A stretch of DNA of 64,000 nucleotides from Lachnospiraceae bacterium (GCA_017480445.1 JAFVAO010000047.1:685-64684); one strand, 5' to 3'. Positions 1 through 10,955 are shown, counted from the stretch's first letter. Notes: generated by a model not told the origin, from the sequence alone. Numbers and translations: made by a program.

Positions 1-138
1 CTTGGGCTCTCCGCATGCATAAAAGTAAATGCTGCCGACGAGAAGCGTTATATTCCGATACCGCTCCGGCGTGATCGCATACAGGAGCAGGAACACCGGC
101 AGAAAATAGAGCAGAAATTCTACACTGCTAAATACCAA
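1..138 (-). CDS. MBOAT family membrane-bound O-acyltransferase (AlgI/DltB-like), N-terminal part only, runs off window
   Basis: Not in ORF track; manual translation from TTG at 138: MVFSSVEFLLYFLPVFLLLYAITPERYRNITLLVGSIYFYACGEPK, the typical AlgI-type N-terminus. Confidence 0.8.
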   Translation of the reverse strand, partial: MVFSSVEFLLYFLPVFLLLYAITPERYRNITLLVGSIYFYACGEPK

Positions 139-236
139 TCAAATCACATCTTTCCTCATTTTACCTACTCTATACTAGCTTGATTCATCGCATAATACAA
201 CAAAATTTTTCTTAAATTTTCCGAAACTACAGAAGG

Positions 237-265
237 TTGTCAAGCGACCGGTTTTGAAGTACAAT
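237..265 (+). promoter_or_regulatory. Putative sigma-70 promoter
   Basis: TTGTCA-17 bp-TACAAT upstream of the ORF at 326. Confidence 0.55.
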
Positions 266-325
266 ATAGAAAATACAACACAGCCGGATCGCGGCACAGC
301 GCGGAATCGTCCGGAAAGGAGCGCC

Positions 326-1087
326 ATGAAAGAACAACTCTATACCATCCCGTTAAATGATGCTGTAAACGCCCAGGACGAGTGTCCGTTCTGCTTTATT
401 GAGCGCGATATCGAGCAGGATCTTCTGGATTTTGTGCTGGGGAGCGGTTCCTCCTACATGGAGGCGGACATCCGTGACATGACCGATCGGGCAGGCTTTT
501 GCCGCACCCACTTTAAGAAAATGTTCGATTACGGCAACACACTGGGAAATGCCTGGATCCTCAAGACCCATTACATGCGCGTGATCTCCGAGATGCGGGA
601 GCAGTTTGCCGCTTTTACGCCCGGCAAAACCTCTCTGAAATCCAAGCTGCTGCGGACGACGTCCGGTGAAAATCCCATCGGGGTCTGGGTGCGGGAGAAG
701 GAGGCTTCCTGCTATGTCTGCAATCAGTTTCGGGATACCTATGCACGATATCTGGACACGTTTTTCTATCTCTACAAAAACGATGCGGCGTTCCGGGAGA
801 AGATTATAAACAGCAAGGGCTTTTGCCTGTCTCATTTCGGCGATCTGTGTGAGGCCGCGGACACGAAGCTGCCCGACAAAGAAAAAGAGACGTTCTTTCA
901 GTCCATGTTCGCGCTCATGGAGCAAAATATGGACCGCATCTCCGAAGATGTCGCCTGGATGGTGGAGAAATTTGATTATAAGAACGCGCAGGCTGATTGG
1001 AAAAACTCCAAGGACGCCATACAGCGCGGTATGCAGAAGCTGAAGGGCGGCTACCCCGCCGACCCCGCATACAAAATGAAAAAGTAA
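326..1087 (+). CDS. DUF6062-like conserved protein with two CxxC / GFCxxH modules
   Basis: RBS GAAAGGAG before ATG 326; motifs ECPFC, GFCRTH, CYVC, GFCLSH, KFDYKN. Confidence 0.7.
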   Translation: MKEQLYTIPLNDAVNAQDECPFCFIERDIEQDLLDFVLGSGSSYMEADIRDMTDRAGFCRTHFKKMFDYGNTLGNAWILKTHYMRVISEMREQFAAFTPGKTSLKSKLLRTTSGENPIGVWVREKEASCYVCNQFRDTYARYLDTFFYLYKNDAAFREKIINSKGFCLSHFGDLCEAADTKLPDKEKETFFQSMFALMEQNMDRISEDVAWMVEKFDYKNAQADWKNSKDAIQRGMQKLKGGYPADPAYKMKK

Positions 1088-1091
1088 TGCG

Positions 1092-1694
1092 TTACGTCTG
1101 CCTGGTCAGGCGCTGCATCATATCGATGTAGCCGCAGATTTCCCTGTAGAGCATATTCGGCTGGAAGGATGCGTCCAATATGCGCTCGGTCAGAATCCCC
1201 TTGATGGTCCACTCCATCATCGTGCGCACTTTTTTGCCGTCCACGCCGGCCGGGAAATGCTGATAATCCGCTTTCTGGTAGATACAGTCATAGGTGTCCG
1301 TCAGGCGGTTGCGCATGGACTCTACGGCGATGAGCGCCTCTCCCACATCCTCCGTCATAGAGCGGTTCAGAAACTGTTGGATATACGGATATTCCCGCAT
1401 GGCGCGGGTGTGCGCCTCCTGCACCTGCCGAAACAGCTCAAACAGATCATGCTCCTGCGGCGATACCGTCTTCAGCTCCAGGCGCATGTAACGCACACTG
1501 TAATCATACACGAACGTATACAGTCCCAGTTTATTCTCAAAATAATGAAACAGCAGCCCCTTGCTGATCCCTGCATCCTTCACGATCACATCGGTGCTGG
1601 CATGCAGATACCCCTGCAGCGCAAAGGACTTCAGCGCCGCATTGATCATTCTATCCTGTTTTTCCTTTTTCAGGTCAAAAAACTTGCCGTTCAT
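1092..1694 (-). CDS. TetR/AcrR family transcriptional regulator
   Basis: N-terminal HTH ...STDVIVKDAGISKGLLFHYFENKLGLY. Confidence 0.9.
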   Translation of the reverse strand: MNGKFFDLKKEKQDRMINAALKSFALQGYLHASTDVIVKDAGISKGLLFHYFENKLGLYTFVYDYSVRYMRLELKTVSPQEHDLFELFRQVQEAHTRAMREYPYIQQFLNRSMTEDVGEALIAVESMRNRLTDTYDCIYQKADYQHFPAGVDGKKVRTMMEWTIKGILTERILDASFQPNMLYREICGYIDMMQRLTRQT

Positions 1695-1888
1695 CTTTTG
1701 TTCTCCGTTCCCTCTGTCGCCATCAGACTGACGCTTTCAGTAGTTTACCATACTCTCCGGATGCTTTCAAGCCACAGTCCACGCAAATGTGATTTTTTTA
1801 AAAACTTTCACATATTCTCTTTTCAATTTGCCAAAATAGTATTAAGATAGAGATATAAGAATGGTATTGATTGGAAAGGAGTTACTAC

Positions 1889-2386
1889 ATGGCCAAAAAA
1901 TTTGGGAAGATCTTGTTATTGACCGCTGCCGCAAGCGCAGCCGGTGCCTTCGCTTATTACTACATGAAGAAGAAAGACGATGAGCTGCTGTCTTCCATGG
2001 ATGAGGATTTCGATGATTTCAGCGAAGATCCGGATGACGCAGGCGAGCGTACTTATGTGCCTTTAAATTCCGACGAGACCGGCAGTGCCGTAGCTGACGC
2101 TGTGGACAAGGCAGCGGATGCCGCCGAGGCAGTTGCAGACGCCGTCTCCGACAAGGCGGCTGAGGCTGTAGATGCCGCAAGTGATGTTGCAGAGGCAGTT
2201 GCTGACAAAGCGGAAGACATCGCAGACGCGGTTGCCGACAAAGCGGAAGACATCGCGGATGCGGTTGCCGACCAGGCGGAGGATGCATTCACCCCGCTTT
2301 CCGAGACCGTGGCAGATATCAAGGATCGGGCGGAAGAGGTCATTGAATCCACCGAGGAATTTTTTGACGATGAGGATGAGGAGTAA
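1889..2386 (+). CDS. Membrane-anchored, highly acidic Ala/Asp-rich repeat protein
   Basis: RBS GAAAGGAG; N-terminal hydrophobic helix then KKK; repeated AVADKAEDIAD units. Confidence 0.7.
   Translation: MAKKFGKILLLTAAASAAGAFAYYYMKKKDDELLSSMDEDFDDFSEDPDDAGERTYVPLNSDETGSAVADAVDKAADAAEAVADAVSDKAAEAVDAASDVAEAVADKAEDIADAVADKAEDIADAVADQAEDAFTPLSETVADIKDRAEEVIESTEEFFDDEDEE
2195..2287 (+). repeat. 33-bp intragenic tandem repeat (~3 copies, 11-aa unit)
   Basis: gc(a/g)gttgc(t/c)gacaaagcggaagacatcgc(a/g)ga(c/t) at 2195 and 2228, degenerate copy at 2261. Confidence 0.85.
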
Positions 2387-2447
2387 CACACCGGATCCCT
2401 TTTGACGGACACAATTTCCGATCGTGTAAAAACTGGAGCATAGCTCG

Positions 2448-3851
2448 TCAGAGCCATGCTCCTTTTAATTGCGCAATTCCTTTCCGGATATCATCCTCGC
2501 TCACCGCACCAAACCCCAGAAGCACAGTCCCCTCCAGCTTGGGAACCGCCTCCGTACAGCTGGCGGAGATACCATACACCCGCACGTCTGCCGCCGCCGC
2601 GCGCGCGATCAGCTCCGCCTCCTTGACTGCCCCCCGGGCGTGCAGTAATACATGCAGACCGCCGTTCTCGCCCGAGATCCGGAAGCTTTCCGCAAACGGT
2701 TCCAGCTCGCGCAGCACCAGATCATGCTTGGATCGGTAAATCTTGCGCATCTTGTTCAGATGCCGTTCAAAATACCCCTCCCGAATAAATTCATCCAATA
2801 TGCGCTGATCGATGCGGGATACGGTACAGGAATAAAAATAACACTCGTTATTATATTTCTCCAGTAAGCGTTCCGGCAACACCATGTAGCTGACACGGAT
2901 CGCCGGCGCAATCGCCTTGGAAAATGTACCGATGTAGATCACCTTGCCATGGTCGTCCGATGCCTGTAGCGACGGAATCGGTTTGCCGCGATAGCGAAAT
3001 TCACTGTCGTAATCGTCCTCGATCAGATAGCGATCCGCCCCGCCGTCCGCCCACTTCAAAAGCTCTGTGCGTCTTCCGATGGGCATCACAGTCCCCAGCG
3101 GATACTGGTGTGAGGGCATCACATAGGCCACCCGGGCGTCCGTTTCCTCCAGCTTTGACACGATCATGCCGCTCGCATCGGAGGGCACGGTCACGACCGG
3201 ATACGCGAAGGAATGAAAGATGCGTCTGGTGCGCATGTAGGTAGGATTTTCCATCGCCACGCACACATGTCTGCCGAGAATTTTCTCCAACAGCATCAGC
3301 AGGTAGTCATTCCCCGCCCCCACGATGATCTGCTCCGCCGTGCAATTCACGCCGCGGGAGGAATGCAGATACCGGCAGATCGTCTCCCGCAGCCGGTAAT
3401 CGCCCTGTGCCTCTCCGCGGGCAAACAGTTCCTGGTGATCCTCGCTCAATATCTCGCGGGTGATCCGCTTCCACACGCTGAAGGGAAACGCCGACATGTC
3501 AATCCCATGGGGCGAAAAATCATACAGGGGTTTCTGTACGACGGTCTCTCTGGGCGCTGCTTCCTGCGCCGGATCCTTTGCCCGCTCCGCCATGTCCACC
3601 ATTCCCTCGATCGGACACACAAAATATCCCTTGTAGGGTCTCGACTCGATATACCCTTCGCTCAGCAGCTGGTCATACGCATACGCTACCGTACTGCGCG
3701 CCACCTGCAGATAATCCGCCATAGAACGCGTGGAGGGAAGCCGCTCTCCCGCAAGCAGCCTCCCCTCCCATATTTCATGTCGGATATGCTCATAAATCTG
3801 TTCATACAAATGTTTGTCGCCGCCAAGCAGCTTGATGGTCATATCATACAT
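2448..3851 (-). CDS. MocR/GabR family PLP-dependent GntR regulator
   Basis: GntR wHTH (LYEQIY...RLPSTR) plus aminotransferase domain (PSHQYPLG, IEDDYDSEF, GTFSK). Confidence 0.92.
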   Translation of the reverse strand: MYDMTIKLLGGDKHLYEQIYEHIRHEIWEGRLLAGERLPSTRSMADYLQVARSTVAYAYDQLLSEGYIESRPYKGYFVCPIEGMVDMAERAKDPAQEAAPRETVVQKPLYDFSPHGIDMSAFPFSVWKRITREILSEDHQELFARGEAQGDYRLRETICRYLHSSRGVNCTAEQIIVGAGNDYLLMLLEKILGRHVCVAMENPTYMRTRRIFHSFAYPVVTVPSDASGMIVSKLEETDARVAYVMPSHQYPLGTVMPIGRRTELLKWADGGADRYLIEDDYDSEFRYRGKPIPSLQASDDHGKVIYIGTFSKAIAPAIRVSYMVLPERLLEKYNNECYFYSCTVSRIDQRILDEFIREGYFERHLNKMRKIYRSKHDLVLRELEPFAESFRISGENGGLHVLLHARGAVKEAELIARAAAADVRVYGISASCTEAVPKLEGTVLLGFGAVSEDDIRKGIAQLKGAWL

Positions 3852-3857
3852 GCCCTG

Positions 3858-4718
3858 TCATTCCTTGTCTTTCTTCAGTCCGCGCAGGATGTCATCCCGC
3901 AAGTCTCTGGCTTTGTCCTTCGTGCGCGTGTTGGCCGTCTTGGAGGTGATGATCTTGGAGACCAGCTTGCCAGCTGTATCATACTCTCCAAAGTGGGTTG
4001 CCAGCGCAGCAAGCAGGTAATCGATTGTGTGTTCATCCATCCCGCACATGGGGAAATTCTCCGACTGCCTTGCCTCCAAGAAACCCGTGTACGCGCTCCG
4101 CAGATATTCCTCTTCCTGCTCCTGCAGCTCTTTTGCGAAGTCAGAGATACCATCGGAATTGATCGCAATCTCCTCCACATATCCCCGCAGAAGCCATGCC
4201 GTCTTCAGGCAGATATAGGCCTTCTCGCTGGCCCTTCCGTGCTTGACCACCGCACACGCCAGAGCAATCTGGTAACGCTCCACACATTCCTCATAGGAGT
4301 AAGTATCTCCATCATATTCGTTCAATTGTATCTTCTCGCAGATGTGTTCCCGCACCAGCTTTCGCTGTCCGTCTGTCACATACGGGAAAAATCGCTTCAA
4401 CCCCGCATAGCCGCAGTGCGGACACATAATCACGTCGTATTTCTGGGTGTCGACCACGTCGTGCAGAGGCCGCAGATCCCGATCCATACCGATCAGCCGC
4501 GCCTTTCCCGTCATCAATACCTTGTTGGTAAAATCCGCATGACAAACCGGACAATCGAAGTTCTTCTCGAAGATCAGATTCTTCTCCTGCACCTGGATTT
4601 TCTTCGGCGGTTGTTTTTTCTCCGCTGCCTTCTTCGCTGCTTTTTCGTCTTCGTATATGTCGGTGTCCTGCAGATCCCCCAGGCCCAGACTCGACAGCCG
4701 CGACAAGAGACTTTTCAT
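3858..4718 (-). CDS. DUF2225-like protein (Zn ribbon plus helical domain)
   Basis: CPVC...DRDLRP...CPHCGYA motifs, LKTAWLLR. Confidence 0.75.
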   Translation of the reverse strand: MKSLLSRLSSLGLGDLQDTDIYEDEKAAKKAAEKKQPPKKIQVQEKNLIFEKNFDCPVCHADFTNKVLMTGKARLIGMDRDLRPLHDVVDTQKYDVIMCPHCGYAGLKRFFPYVTDGQRKLVREHICEKIQLNEYDGDTYSYEECVERYQIALACAVVKHGRASEKAYICLKTAWLLRGYVEEIAINSDGISDFAKELQEQEEEYLRSAYTGFLEARQSENFPMCGMDEHTIDYLLAALATHFGEYDTAGKLVSKIITSKTANTRTKDKARDLRDDILRGLKKDKE

Positions 4719-4729
4719 ACCAAACCTCC

Positions 4730-6412
4730 TTATTTGGGCAAAACATAGGAGCTTTTCAAGGAGACGATACGATTAAACACCGGCGCCTCCTCTGTGGAAT
4801 CCTTCGCATCCACGTTAAAGAAACCCTGGCGCACAAACTGAAAGCTGTCGTACGCCTTCGCACCTGCAAATGCAGGCTCCAGATAACACTCCTCCATGAC
4901 CGTGAGCGAATTGGGGTTCAGATTCAGACTGCCGTCCTCGTTGTATACCCCCTTCTCCTCGTCGATCAGATTTTCAAACAGACGCACCTGCGCCTTGATG
5001 GCATGGGATGCCTCCACCCAGTGGATGGTGCCCTTGACTTTCCGTCCGTCCGGACTGTTGCCGCCCTTGGAGGCAGGGTCGTAGGTACAGTGTACCTCCG
5101 TCACCTTGCCGCTTGCGTCCTTCACACAGCCGGTGCAGGTCACAAAATAAGCGTTCATGAGGCGTACCTCATTGCCCGGGAACATGCGGAAATACTTCTT
5201 GGGCGGCTCCTCCATGAAGTCCTCGCGCTCAATGTACAGCTCTCTGCCAAAGGGAACCTGCCGCGTGCCGAGCGCTTCGTTCTCCGGATTGTTCACCGCG
5301 TCCATCAGCTCGATCTGTCCCGCCGGATAATTGTCGATGACCAGCTTCACCGGATCCAGCACGGCCATGTAGCGGGGCGCTTTCGGTTTTAAATCCTCAC
5401 GGATACAATATTCCAGCATCGCGTAATCCACGGAGGACTGACTCTTGGAAATCCCGCACAGCTCCACGAATTTCCGGATGGAATCCGGCGTGAAGCCTCT
5501 TCTGCGCAGCGCCGCAATGGACACCAGTCTCGGATCGTCCCAGCCGTCCACGATGCCATCCATCACCAGTTTTTTGATATACCGCTTGCCCGTCACCACA
5601 TTGGTGAGATACAGCTTTGCAAACTCGATCTGTCTGGGCGGATGGGGATACTCCAGCTCCCGCACCACCCAATCGTACAGCGGTCTGTGATCCTCAAATT
5701 CCAATGTACAGATCGAATGGGTGATCCCCTCAATGGCATCCTCAATCGGATGCGCGAAGTCGTACATGGGATAGATGCACCACTGATCCTTTGTGTTGTG
5801 GTGGTACATATGCGCGACACGATAAATGACCGGATCCCGCATATTGATGTTGGGGGATGCCATGTCAATGCGGGCGCGCAGCACTTTCTCGCCATCCGCA
5901 AATTTGCCGTCCTTCATTTCCTCAAACAGCCGCAGGTTTTCCTCCACACTGCGGTTGCAGGAGGGATCCTCCTTGCCGGGCTGTTCGAAGGTTCCGCGGT
6001 ATTCCCGGATCTCATCGGCGGACAGATCCGACACATAAGCCTTTCCTTTTTTGATCAGCTTCACCGCAGCCTCATACATCTGTCCGAAATAGTTCGACGC
6101 GAAGAACAGTCTGTCCTCCCAGTCTGCACCGAGCCATTCCACGTCCGCTTTGATGGACTCCACAAACTCCTCGTCCTCCTTGGTCGGATTCGTGTAGTCG
6201 AAACGCATGTTAAATTTGCCGTGATACTTCTGTGCCAGACCATAGTTCAAGATAATGCTCTTGGCATGTCCGATATGCAGGTATCCGTTCGGTTCCGGCG
6301 GAAAGCGGGTATGCACCTCGCTGTACACGCCCTCCGCGAGATCCTTGTCGATCTCCTGCTCTATGAAATTACGGCTTTCCTTTTCCAGCTTTTCCTCTAA
6401 ATTCTCACCCAT
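4730..6412 (-). CDS. glnS: Glutaminyl-tRNA synthetase
   Basis: [55 protein letters not shown]. Confidence 0.96.
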   Translation of the reverse strand: MGENLEEKLEKESRNFIEQEIDKDLAEGVYSEVHTRFPPEPNGYLHIGHAKSIILNYGLAQKYHGKFNMRFDYTNPTKEDEEFVESIKADVEWLGADWEDRLFFASNYFGQMYEAAVKLIKKGKAYVSDLSADEIREYRGTFEQPGKEDPSCNRSVEENLRLFEEMKDGKFADGEKVLRARIDMASPNINMRDPVIYRVAHMYHHNTKDQWCIYPMYDFAHPIEDAIEGITHSICTLEFEDHRPLYDWVVRELEYPHPPRQIEFAKLYLTNVVTGKRYIKKLVMDGIVDGWDDPRLVSIAALRRRGFTPDSIRKFVELCGISKSQSSVDYAMLEYCIREDLKPKAPRYMAVLDPVKLVIDNYPAGQIELMDAVNNPENEALGTRQVPFGRELYIEREDFMEEPPKKYFRMFPGNEVRLMNAYFVTCTGCVKDASGKVTEVHCTYDPASKGGNSPDGRKVKGTIHWVEASHAIKAQVRLFENLIDEEKGVYNEDGSLNLNPNSLTVMEECYLEPAFAGAKAYDSFQFVRQGFFNVDAKDSTEEAPVFNRIVSLKSSYVLPK

Positions 6413-6438
6413 TGGTACCCGTCCTTCATCCTTTCCTA

Positions 6439-7617
6439 TTAGTGATGGAACAATCTGATGCCCGTAAACGCCATCACCATATCATACTTGTTGCAGCAAT
6501 CGATCACCGCGTCATCCCGCACAGAACCGCCGGGCTGTGCGATATACTTCACGCCGCTTTTGTGCGCCCGCTCAATGTTGTCGGAAAACGGGAAGAACGC
6601 GTCGGATCCCAGGGTTACATCCTGCATCTTGGCAAGCCATGCCTTCTTCTCCTCCCTGGTGAACACAGCCGGTTTCACCTTGAAGGTCTTCTCCCACACG
6701 CCGTCCGCAAGCACGTCCTCATACTCATCGCCCATATACACGTCGATCGCATTGTCGCGATCCGCTCTGCCCAGACCGTCCGCAAACTGCAGACCCATCA
6801 CCTGGGGAGACTGCCGCAGAAACCAGTTGTCCGCCTTCTGTCCCGCAAGTCTTGTGCAGTGGATACGGGACTGCTGGCCGGCACCGATGCCGATGGCCTG
6901 TCCGCCCTTCACATAGCACACGGAATTGGACTGGGTATATTTTAACGTGATCAGCGCGATCTTCATGTCGATCAGCGCCGCCTCCGGGATCTCGTGATTC
7001 TCCGTCACGATATTGGAGAGCAGATCCCCATTCACGTTCAGCTCATTTCTTCCCTGCTCGAATGTGATGCCGTACACCTGCTTTTTCTCCACCGGCGTGG
7101 GCACATAGGTCGTGTCAATCTGAATCACGTTGTAGCCGCCCTTTTTCTTCTGTTTCAAAATCTCCAGCGCCTCGTCCGTATAGCCGGGCGCGATCACGCC
7201 GTCGGACACCTCTCTCTTGATCAGTTTCGCGGTGTCTGCGTCACAGACATCGGAGAGTGCGATGAAATCTCCGAAGGAGGACATTCTGTCCGCGCCTCTT
7301 GCTCTCGCATAAGCGCAGGCGAGCGGAGAGAGCTCTCCCAGATCATCGACCCAATAAATCTTCGCCAGCGTCTCGTCTAACGGCAGTCCGACCGCCGCAC
7401 CTGCGGGAGACACATGCTTAAAGGAAGTCGCAGCGGGAAGGCCCGTCGCCTCCTTGAGCTCCTTCACCAGCTGCCAACCGTTAAACGCATCCAGAAAGTT
7501 AATATAGCCGGGCTTGCCGTTCAGCACTGTGACCGGAAGCTCGCTGCCGTCCTCCATGAAGATGCGGGAAGGCTTCTGATTGGGGTTACAACCGTATTTC
7601 AATTCCATTTCGTTCAT
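6439..7617 (-). CDS. purH: AICAR formyltransferase (stand-alone PurH C-terminal domain)
   Basis: [48 protein letters not shown]; no N-terminal IMP cyclohydrolase domain. Confidence 0.9.
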   Translation of the reverse strand: MNEMELKYGCNPNQKPSRIFMEDGSELPVTVLNGKPGYINFLDAFNGWQLVKELKEATGLPAATSFKHVSPAGAAVGLPLDETLAKIYWVDDLGELSPLACAYARARGADRMSSFGDFIALSDVCDADTAKLIKREVSDGVIAPGYTDEALEILKQKKKGGYNVIQIDTTYVPTPVEKKQVYGITFEQGRNELNVNGDLLSNIVTENHEIPEAALIDMKIALITLKYTQSNSVCYVKGGQAIGIGAGQQSRIHCTRLAGQKADNWFLRQSPQVMGLQFADGLGRADRDNAIDVYMGDEYEDVLADGVWEKTFKVKPAVFTREEKKAWLAKMQDVTLGSDAFFPFSDNIERAHKSGVKYIAQPGGSVRDDAVIDCCNKYDMVMAFTGIRLFHH

Positions 7618-7641
7618 GATTACTCTCCTTTTGCTCTGTGC

Positions 7642-8349
7642 TTATTGATTTTTATTCAGGATCTGTGTGCGATAGGTGCCGTCGGCGATGTTGATATAGC
7701 GCACGAACAGCGATACCTTGTTGTCCTCGTTCAGGCTGTTCCAGACAAGCCGGGTGAACTGCTCCATATCATCCGGAATCTCAACTTCCTTCGGCTCGCC
7801 GTAAAAGCTCGGCAGCGGATTGCCGTCGTGCATATAGGTGTGGATGAAACGTCCTTCGCCGGCCTTGGGATTGTCGTAGGTGTAGGTGTAGCGGTTGCAG
7901 CAATCCGGATCTCCGTTATTGCTCTTTAAGATGGACATCGCATAGTCGTATTTGCCGTTTTCCACATGCATGACACCGGATATGCGCGGCGTAAAATTCG
8001 GGCCGTCCGGCTCAAATTCCCGCGTTCTCAAAGACTGTTCAAAGGTTTTGCCCGCCTGCAAGCCGTCGTAAATGGTGTCCGTCTGGTCGCCGTTGGTCAC
8101 AATCGTATCATTGCCCAACACGCGTACCGGCGCGTAAATGATCAGGCTCGGATCCTCCAGCTTGGACGGATCATACGCCTCTGTGCGAATCCCCTCTCCC
8201 TCTGTCACAAAGACACGGTTGCGGCTGTTGGAGCTTCTGCCCATGATAAAATAAGCCGTCACCGCATAGTTGCCGTTCGCGCTTCGCCCGATGACGATTC
8301 CTCTTCCGGGATAAGCATTGCCTTTCAATTCCTGTTCCAGTGATACCAT
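7642..8349 (-). CDS. IMP cyclohydrolase, PurO-like (Ntn fold)
   Basis: YPGRGIVIG, YFIMGRSSNSRNR, IVTNGDQTD, FEPDGPNFTPRISG; directly upstream of the formyltransferase. Confidence 0.85.
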   Translation of the reverse strand: MVSLEQELKGNAYPGRGIVIGRSANGNYAVTAYFIMGRSSNSRNRVFVTEGEGIRTEAYDPSKLEDPSLIIYAPVRVLGNDTIVTNGDQTDTIYDGLQAGKTFEQSLRTREFEPDGPNFTPRISGVMHVENGKYDYAMSILKSNNGDPDCCNRYTYTYDNPKAGEGRFIHTYMHDGNPLPSFYGEPKEVEIPDDMEQFTRLVWNSLNEDNKVSLFVRYINIADGTYRTQILNKNQ

Positions 8350-8366
8350 TGTTTCATCCTCCTGTT

Positions 8367-10955
8367 TTATAAAACATACTTTTCTTCAAATTGTTTTCTG
8401 GGCATGGGCTTGTCAAAATAATAGCCCTGCACGTAACGCACATGCATGCCGTACAGCTTCTTGTATTGTGCCGGTCCCTCGATGCCCTCCGCGCAGACGC
8501 TCACGCCGATGGTGCGGGCAAGCTCTGCCACCATCCGGATAAAGGACTGGGCGTAGGCGTCCTCCGCCAGTTCCTTCACAAAGCTCTGATCCACCTTGAT
8601 CAGATCAACGGGAAGCTCCCGAATGTGACTGAGGGAAGCGTACCCCGTGCCGAAGTCGTCCAGCGCGATCTTGACGCCCAGATCCTTCATGCGTCCCAGG
8701 ATCTCTTTCATTCTGCCGATGTCATTGATCGCCAGACTCTCCGTGACCTCCAGCACCAGATTCGACGGCCGCAGTCCTGTCTCATGCAGCGCGCGTTCCA
8801 CTTCGTCCACAATATTATTCTGCAGAAGCTGCACCATGGACAGATTCACGTGTACACGGAAATCCGGACGTCCGTCCTCATTCCATCTCCTGCAGTATTT
8901 GCAGGCCTCCGCCAGCACATGACTGCCGATGGGCTGGATAAAGCCCAGATATTCGGCAAGCGGAATGAAGTCTGCCGGTGCAATGATGCCCTGCCTTGCA
9001 CTGTTCCAGCGAAGCAGCGCCTCCGCGCCCGCACATTCAGGCTTGTCTCTCTGTGTATCCATGATCGGCTGGAAGTAAATTTCAAACTCGTCGCAGCCCT
9101 CCTGCGCCGCATCCTGCATATTTCTCTCCATGTCGAGCATCCTGCCGGATTCGGAGCGCAGACTGTCGCTGTACTCGGAGAGTTGGTTCTTGCCGTTTCT
9201 CTTGGCCTCCCGCATGGCAATGTCCGCTTTTTTGATCAGCTCCGCCACCTGTTCTCCATGATCCGGGAACGTCACCAACCCCATGCTGGCCGTACAGGGA
9301 TATTCTGTATCCTTTAGCATCCACGGCTTCTCAAAAAGCGCCTGAATGTCCTGCAGCATCTGCGGGAACCCGTCGTATACCTCCGGGGAAATGAGCAGGA
9401 CAAAATCGTCGCCGCCCATGCGGTAGCATCTGCCCGCCAGTCCCCGCACCGACTGCAGTGCCTGGGATACAGACCGCAGCAGCACGTCGCCGTACTGATG
9501 TCCCAGTCCGTCGTTGATATGTTTAAAATCATCCAGATCCAGATATAGAATCGCGCCGATTTTGCGCTGTTTCTGTGCCTCTTCAATACAGCGCGCCAGA
9601 TCCCGCTCACAACACATCCGATTGTAGAGTCCCGTCAGGAAATCCGTGTAGTCCTGCTGTTCCACCTTGCGCTGGTACAGCTTGCGGTCCGTGATGTCAT
9701 ACAGCGAGTACAGGGTGACTGCTTTGCCGTCCACCCAGGTGGTATCCTTGTAGGTCATCTCGTACCAGCGGCTCCTCTCCTCGTGAAAGATCTCGGAGGT
9801 GCCGCCGCTCATACCATACTGTAAGCCCTGTTCAACCAGCGCATCCAGCGTCCGGTTCTCCAGTTCGGCGGAAAATGTATTTTTCAGTTTTTTGTTGGCA
9901 AACACCTGTCTGCCGGTGCTCTTGTCCCGCACATAGATGCAGGTGCCCACATAGTCCAGGATCGTCTCCACCGCCACATGCGAGCCGGTGATGGAGTTCT
10001 TCTGGATCCGGCGCGTCAGGATACTCTGCAGCACCTTCACCACATCCGCGGCAAACTTGATCTCACTGGACTCCCAGTTGTGATAGCCGTTCCGGTACTC
10101 CACCGTGAGCACCATGTTGCTGCCGTTGTCCTGCTTTAATACCGGGAATACCATGACCGCGGACCAGCCGTAATAATTGGCCTCCCACATATGCTCGCCG
10201 GGAATCGTTCCGGTGGAGAATACCAGCGGCTTCTCCGTCTGAAAGAGCACGCCCGCATCCAGTCCGGTGATCCGGTCAAACGGCGCGATCACGCCCCGGT
10301 TGCACCACTGTGCCAGAAGATTCATGGTGCGCTCATTGTTGTTCACCTGAAAGAGCTCCGCAGACTCTACCTGCAGCTGCTCTCCCAGCGTGCGCAGCCA
10401 TTTCTCCATCACGACCTCAATCTGTTCGTCACTGTCCAACAGCTGAACCAAGCCTGTGGTCGCCTCGATGCGCTCCATCTGTCTGGTCAGCTCCTGCTGT
10501 GCCTGAATACTCTTTTTCGTCTCCTGCTCCGCGTTTAAATGCGCCAGCTTCGTCCGGTACAGCGCCAGGCTTGTATCCCGGATCAGATCGAGCACCTGGG
10601 CGAACTTGCCCTCCTCGCGGTTGGAGCAGTCAAACAGGATCCAATAAAACAAAAACTCTCCCTCCAGCGTGATGGAGAGCGCCGCTACCCTGCCGCCCGG
10701 GAACGGTTCCACCGCCGTGTCCTCCAGACTGTCCGGCTCCACACGTTCCAGCACCCGCTGGGCATAAGGAGACCTCCGCAATGTCTGAAGCTCATCCCGC
10801 GACAAGCCTTCAAACACACCGGAGCCCGTGTTCGACAATTCCGTTATGGATTCTTTTTTCCGATTCGCACAACAGGCATAAACGCCGGCAACTCTGCACA
10901 ATTCGTTCTGCAGCATCTGCAACTCATCCCTGTCAATCAACTGTTGTAATGACAT
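8367..10955 (-). CDS. Sensor (PocR-like/GAF/PAS-like)-GGDEF-EAL c-di-GMP enzyme
   Basis: DFLTGLYNR, DLDDFKHIND, GGDDF; EALLRW, LEVTES, DDFGTGYASL, KVDQSF, AEGIE, QGYY. Confidence 0.92.
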   Translation of the reverse strand: MSLQQLIDRDELQMLQNELCRVAGVYACCANRKKESITELSNTGSGVFEGLSRDELQTLRRSPYAQRVLERVEPDSLEDTAVEPFPGGRVAALSITLEGEFLFYWILFDCSNREEGKFAQVLDLIRDTSLALYRTKLAHLNAEQETKKSIQAQQELTRQMERIEATTGLVQLLDSDEQIEVVMEKWLRTLGEQLQVESAELFQVNNNERTMNLLAQWCNRGVIAPFDRITGLDAGVLFQTEKPLVFSTGTIPGEHMWEANYYGWSAVMVFPVLKQDNGSNMVLTVEYRNGYHNWESSEIKFAADVVKVLQSILTRRIQKNSITGSHVAVETILDYVGTCIYVRDKSTGRQVFANKKLKNTFSAELENRTLDALVEQGLQYGMSGGTSEIFHEERSRWYEMTYKDTTWVDGKAVTLYSLYDITDRKLYQRKVEQQDYTDFLTGLYNRMCCERDLARCIEEAQKQRKIGAILYLDLDDFKHINDGLGHQYGDVLLRSVSQALQSVRGLAGRCYRMGGDDFVLLISPEVYDGFPQMLQDIQALFEKPWMLKDTEYPCTASMGLVTFPDHGEQVAELIKKADIAMREAKRNGKNQLSEYSDSLRSESGRMLDMERNMQDAAQEGCDEFEIYFQPIMDTQRDKPECAGAEALLRWNSARQGIIAPADFIPLAEYLGFIQPIGSHVLAEACKYCRRWNEDGRPDFRVHVNLSMVQLLQNNIVDEVERALHETGLRPSNLVLEVTESLAINDIGRMKEILGRMKDLGVKIALDDFGTGYASLSHIRELPVDLIKVDQSFVKELAEDAYAQSFIRMVAELARTIGVSVCAEGIEGPAQYKKLYGMHVRYVQGYYFDKPMPRKQFEEKYVL

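Noticed and set aside
3213-4748. 511-aa plus-strand ORF
   Set aside because: Antisense shadow of the MocR and DUF2225 genes; no motifs
8350-8366. ZMP/ZTP riboswitch before the purO-like/purH genes
   Set aside because: Only a 17-bp gap; none seen at 10956-11046 either
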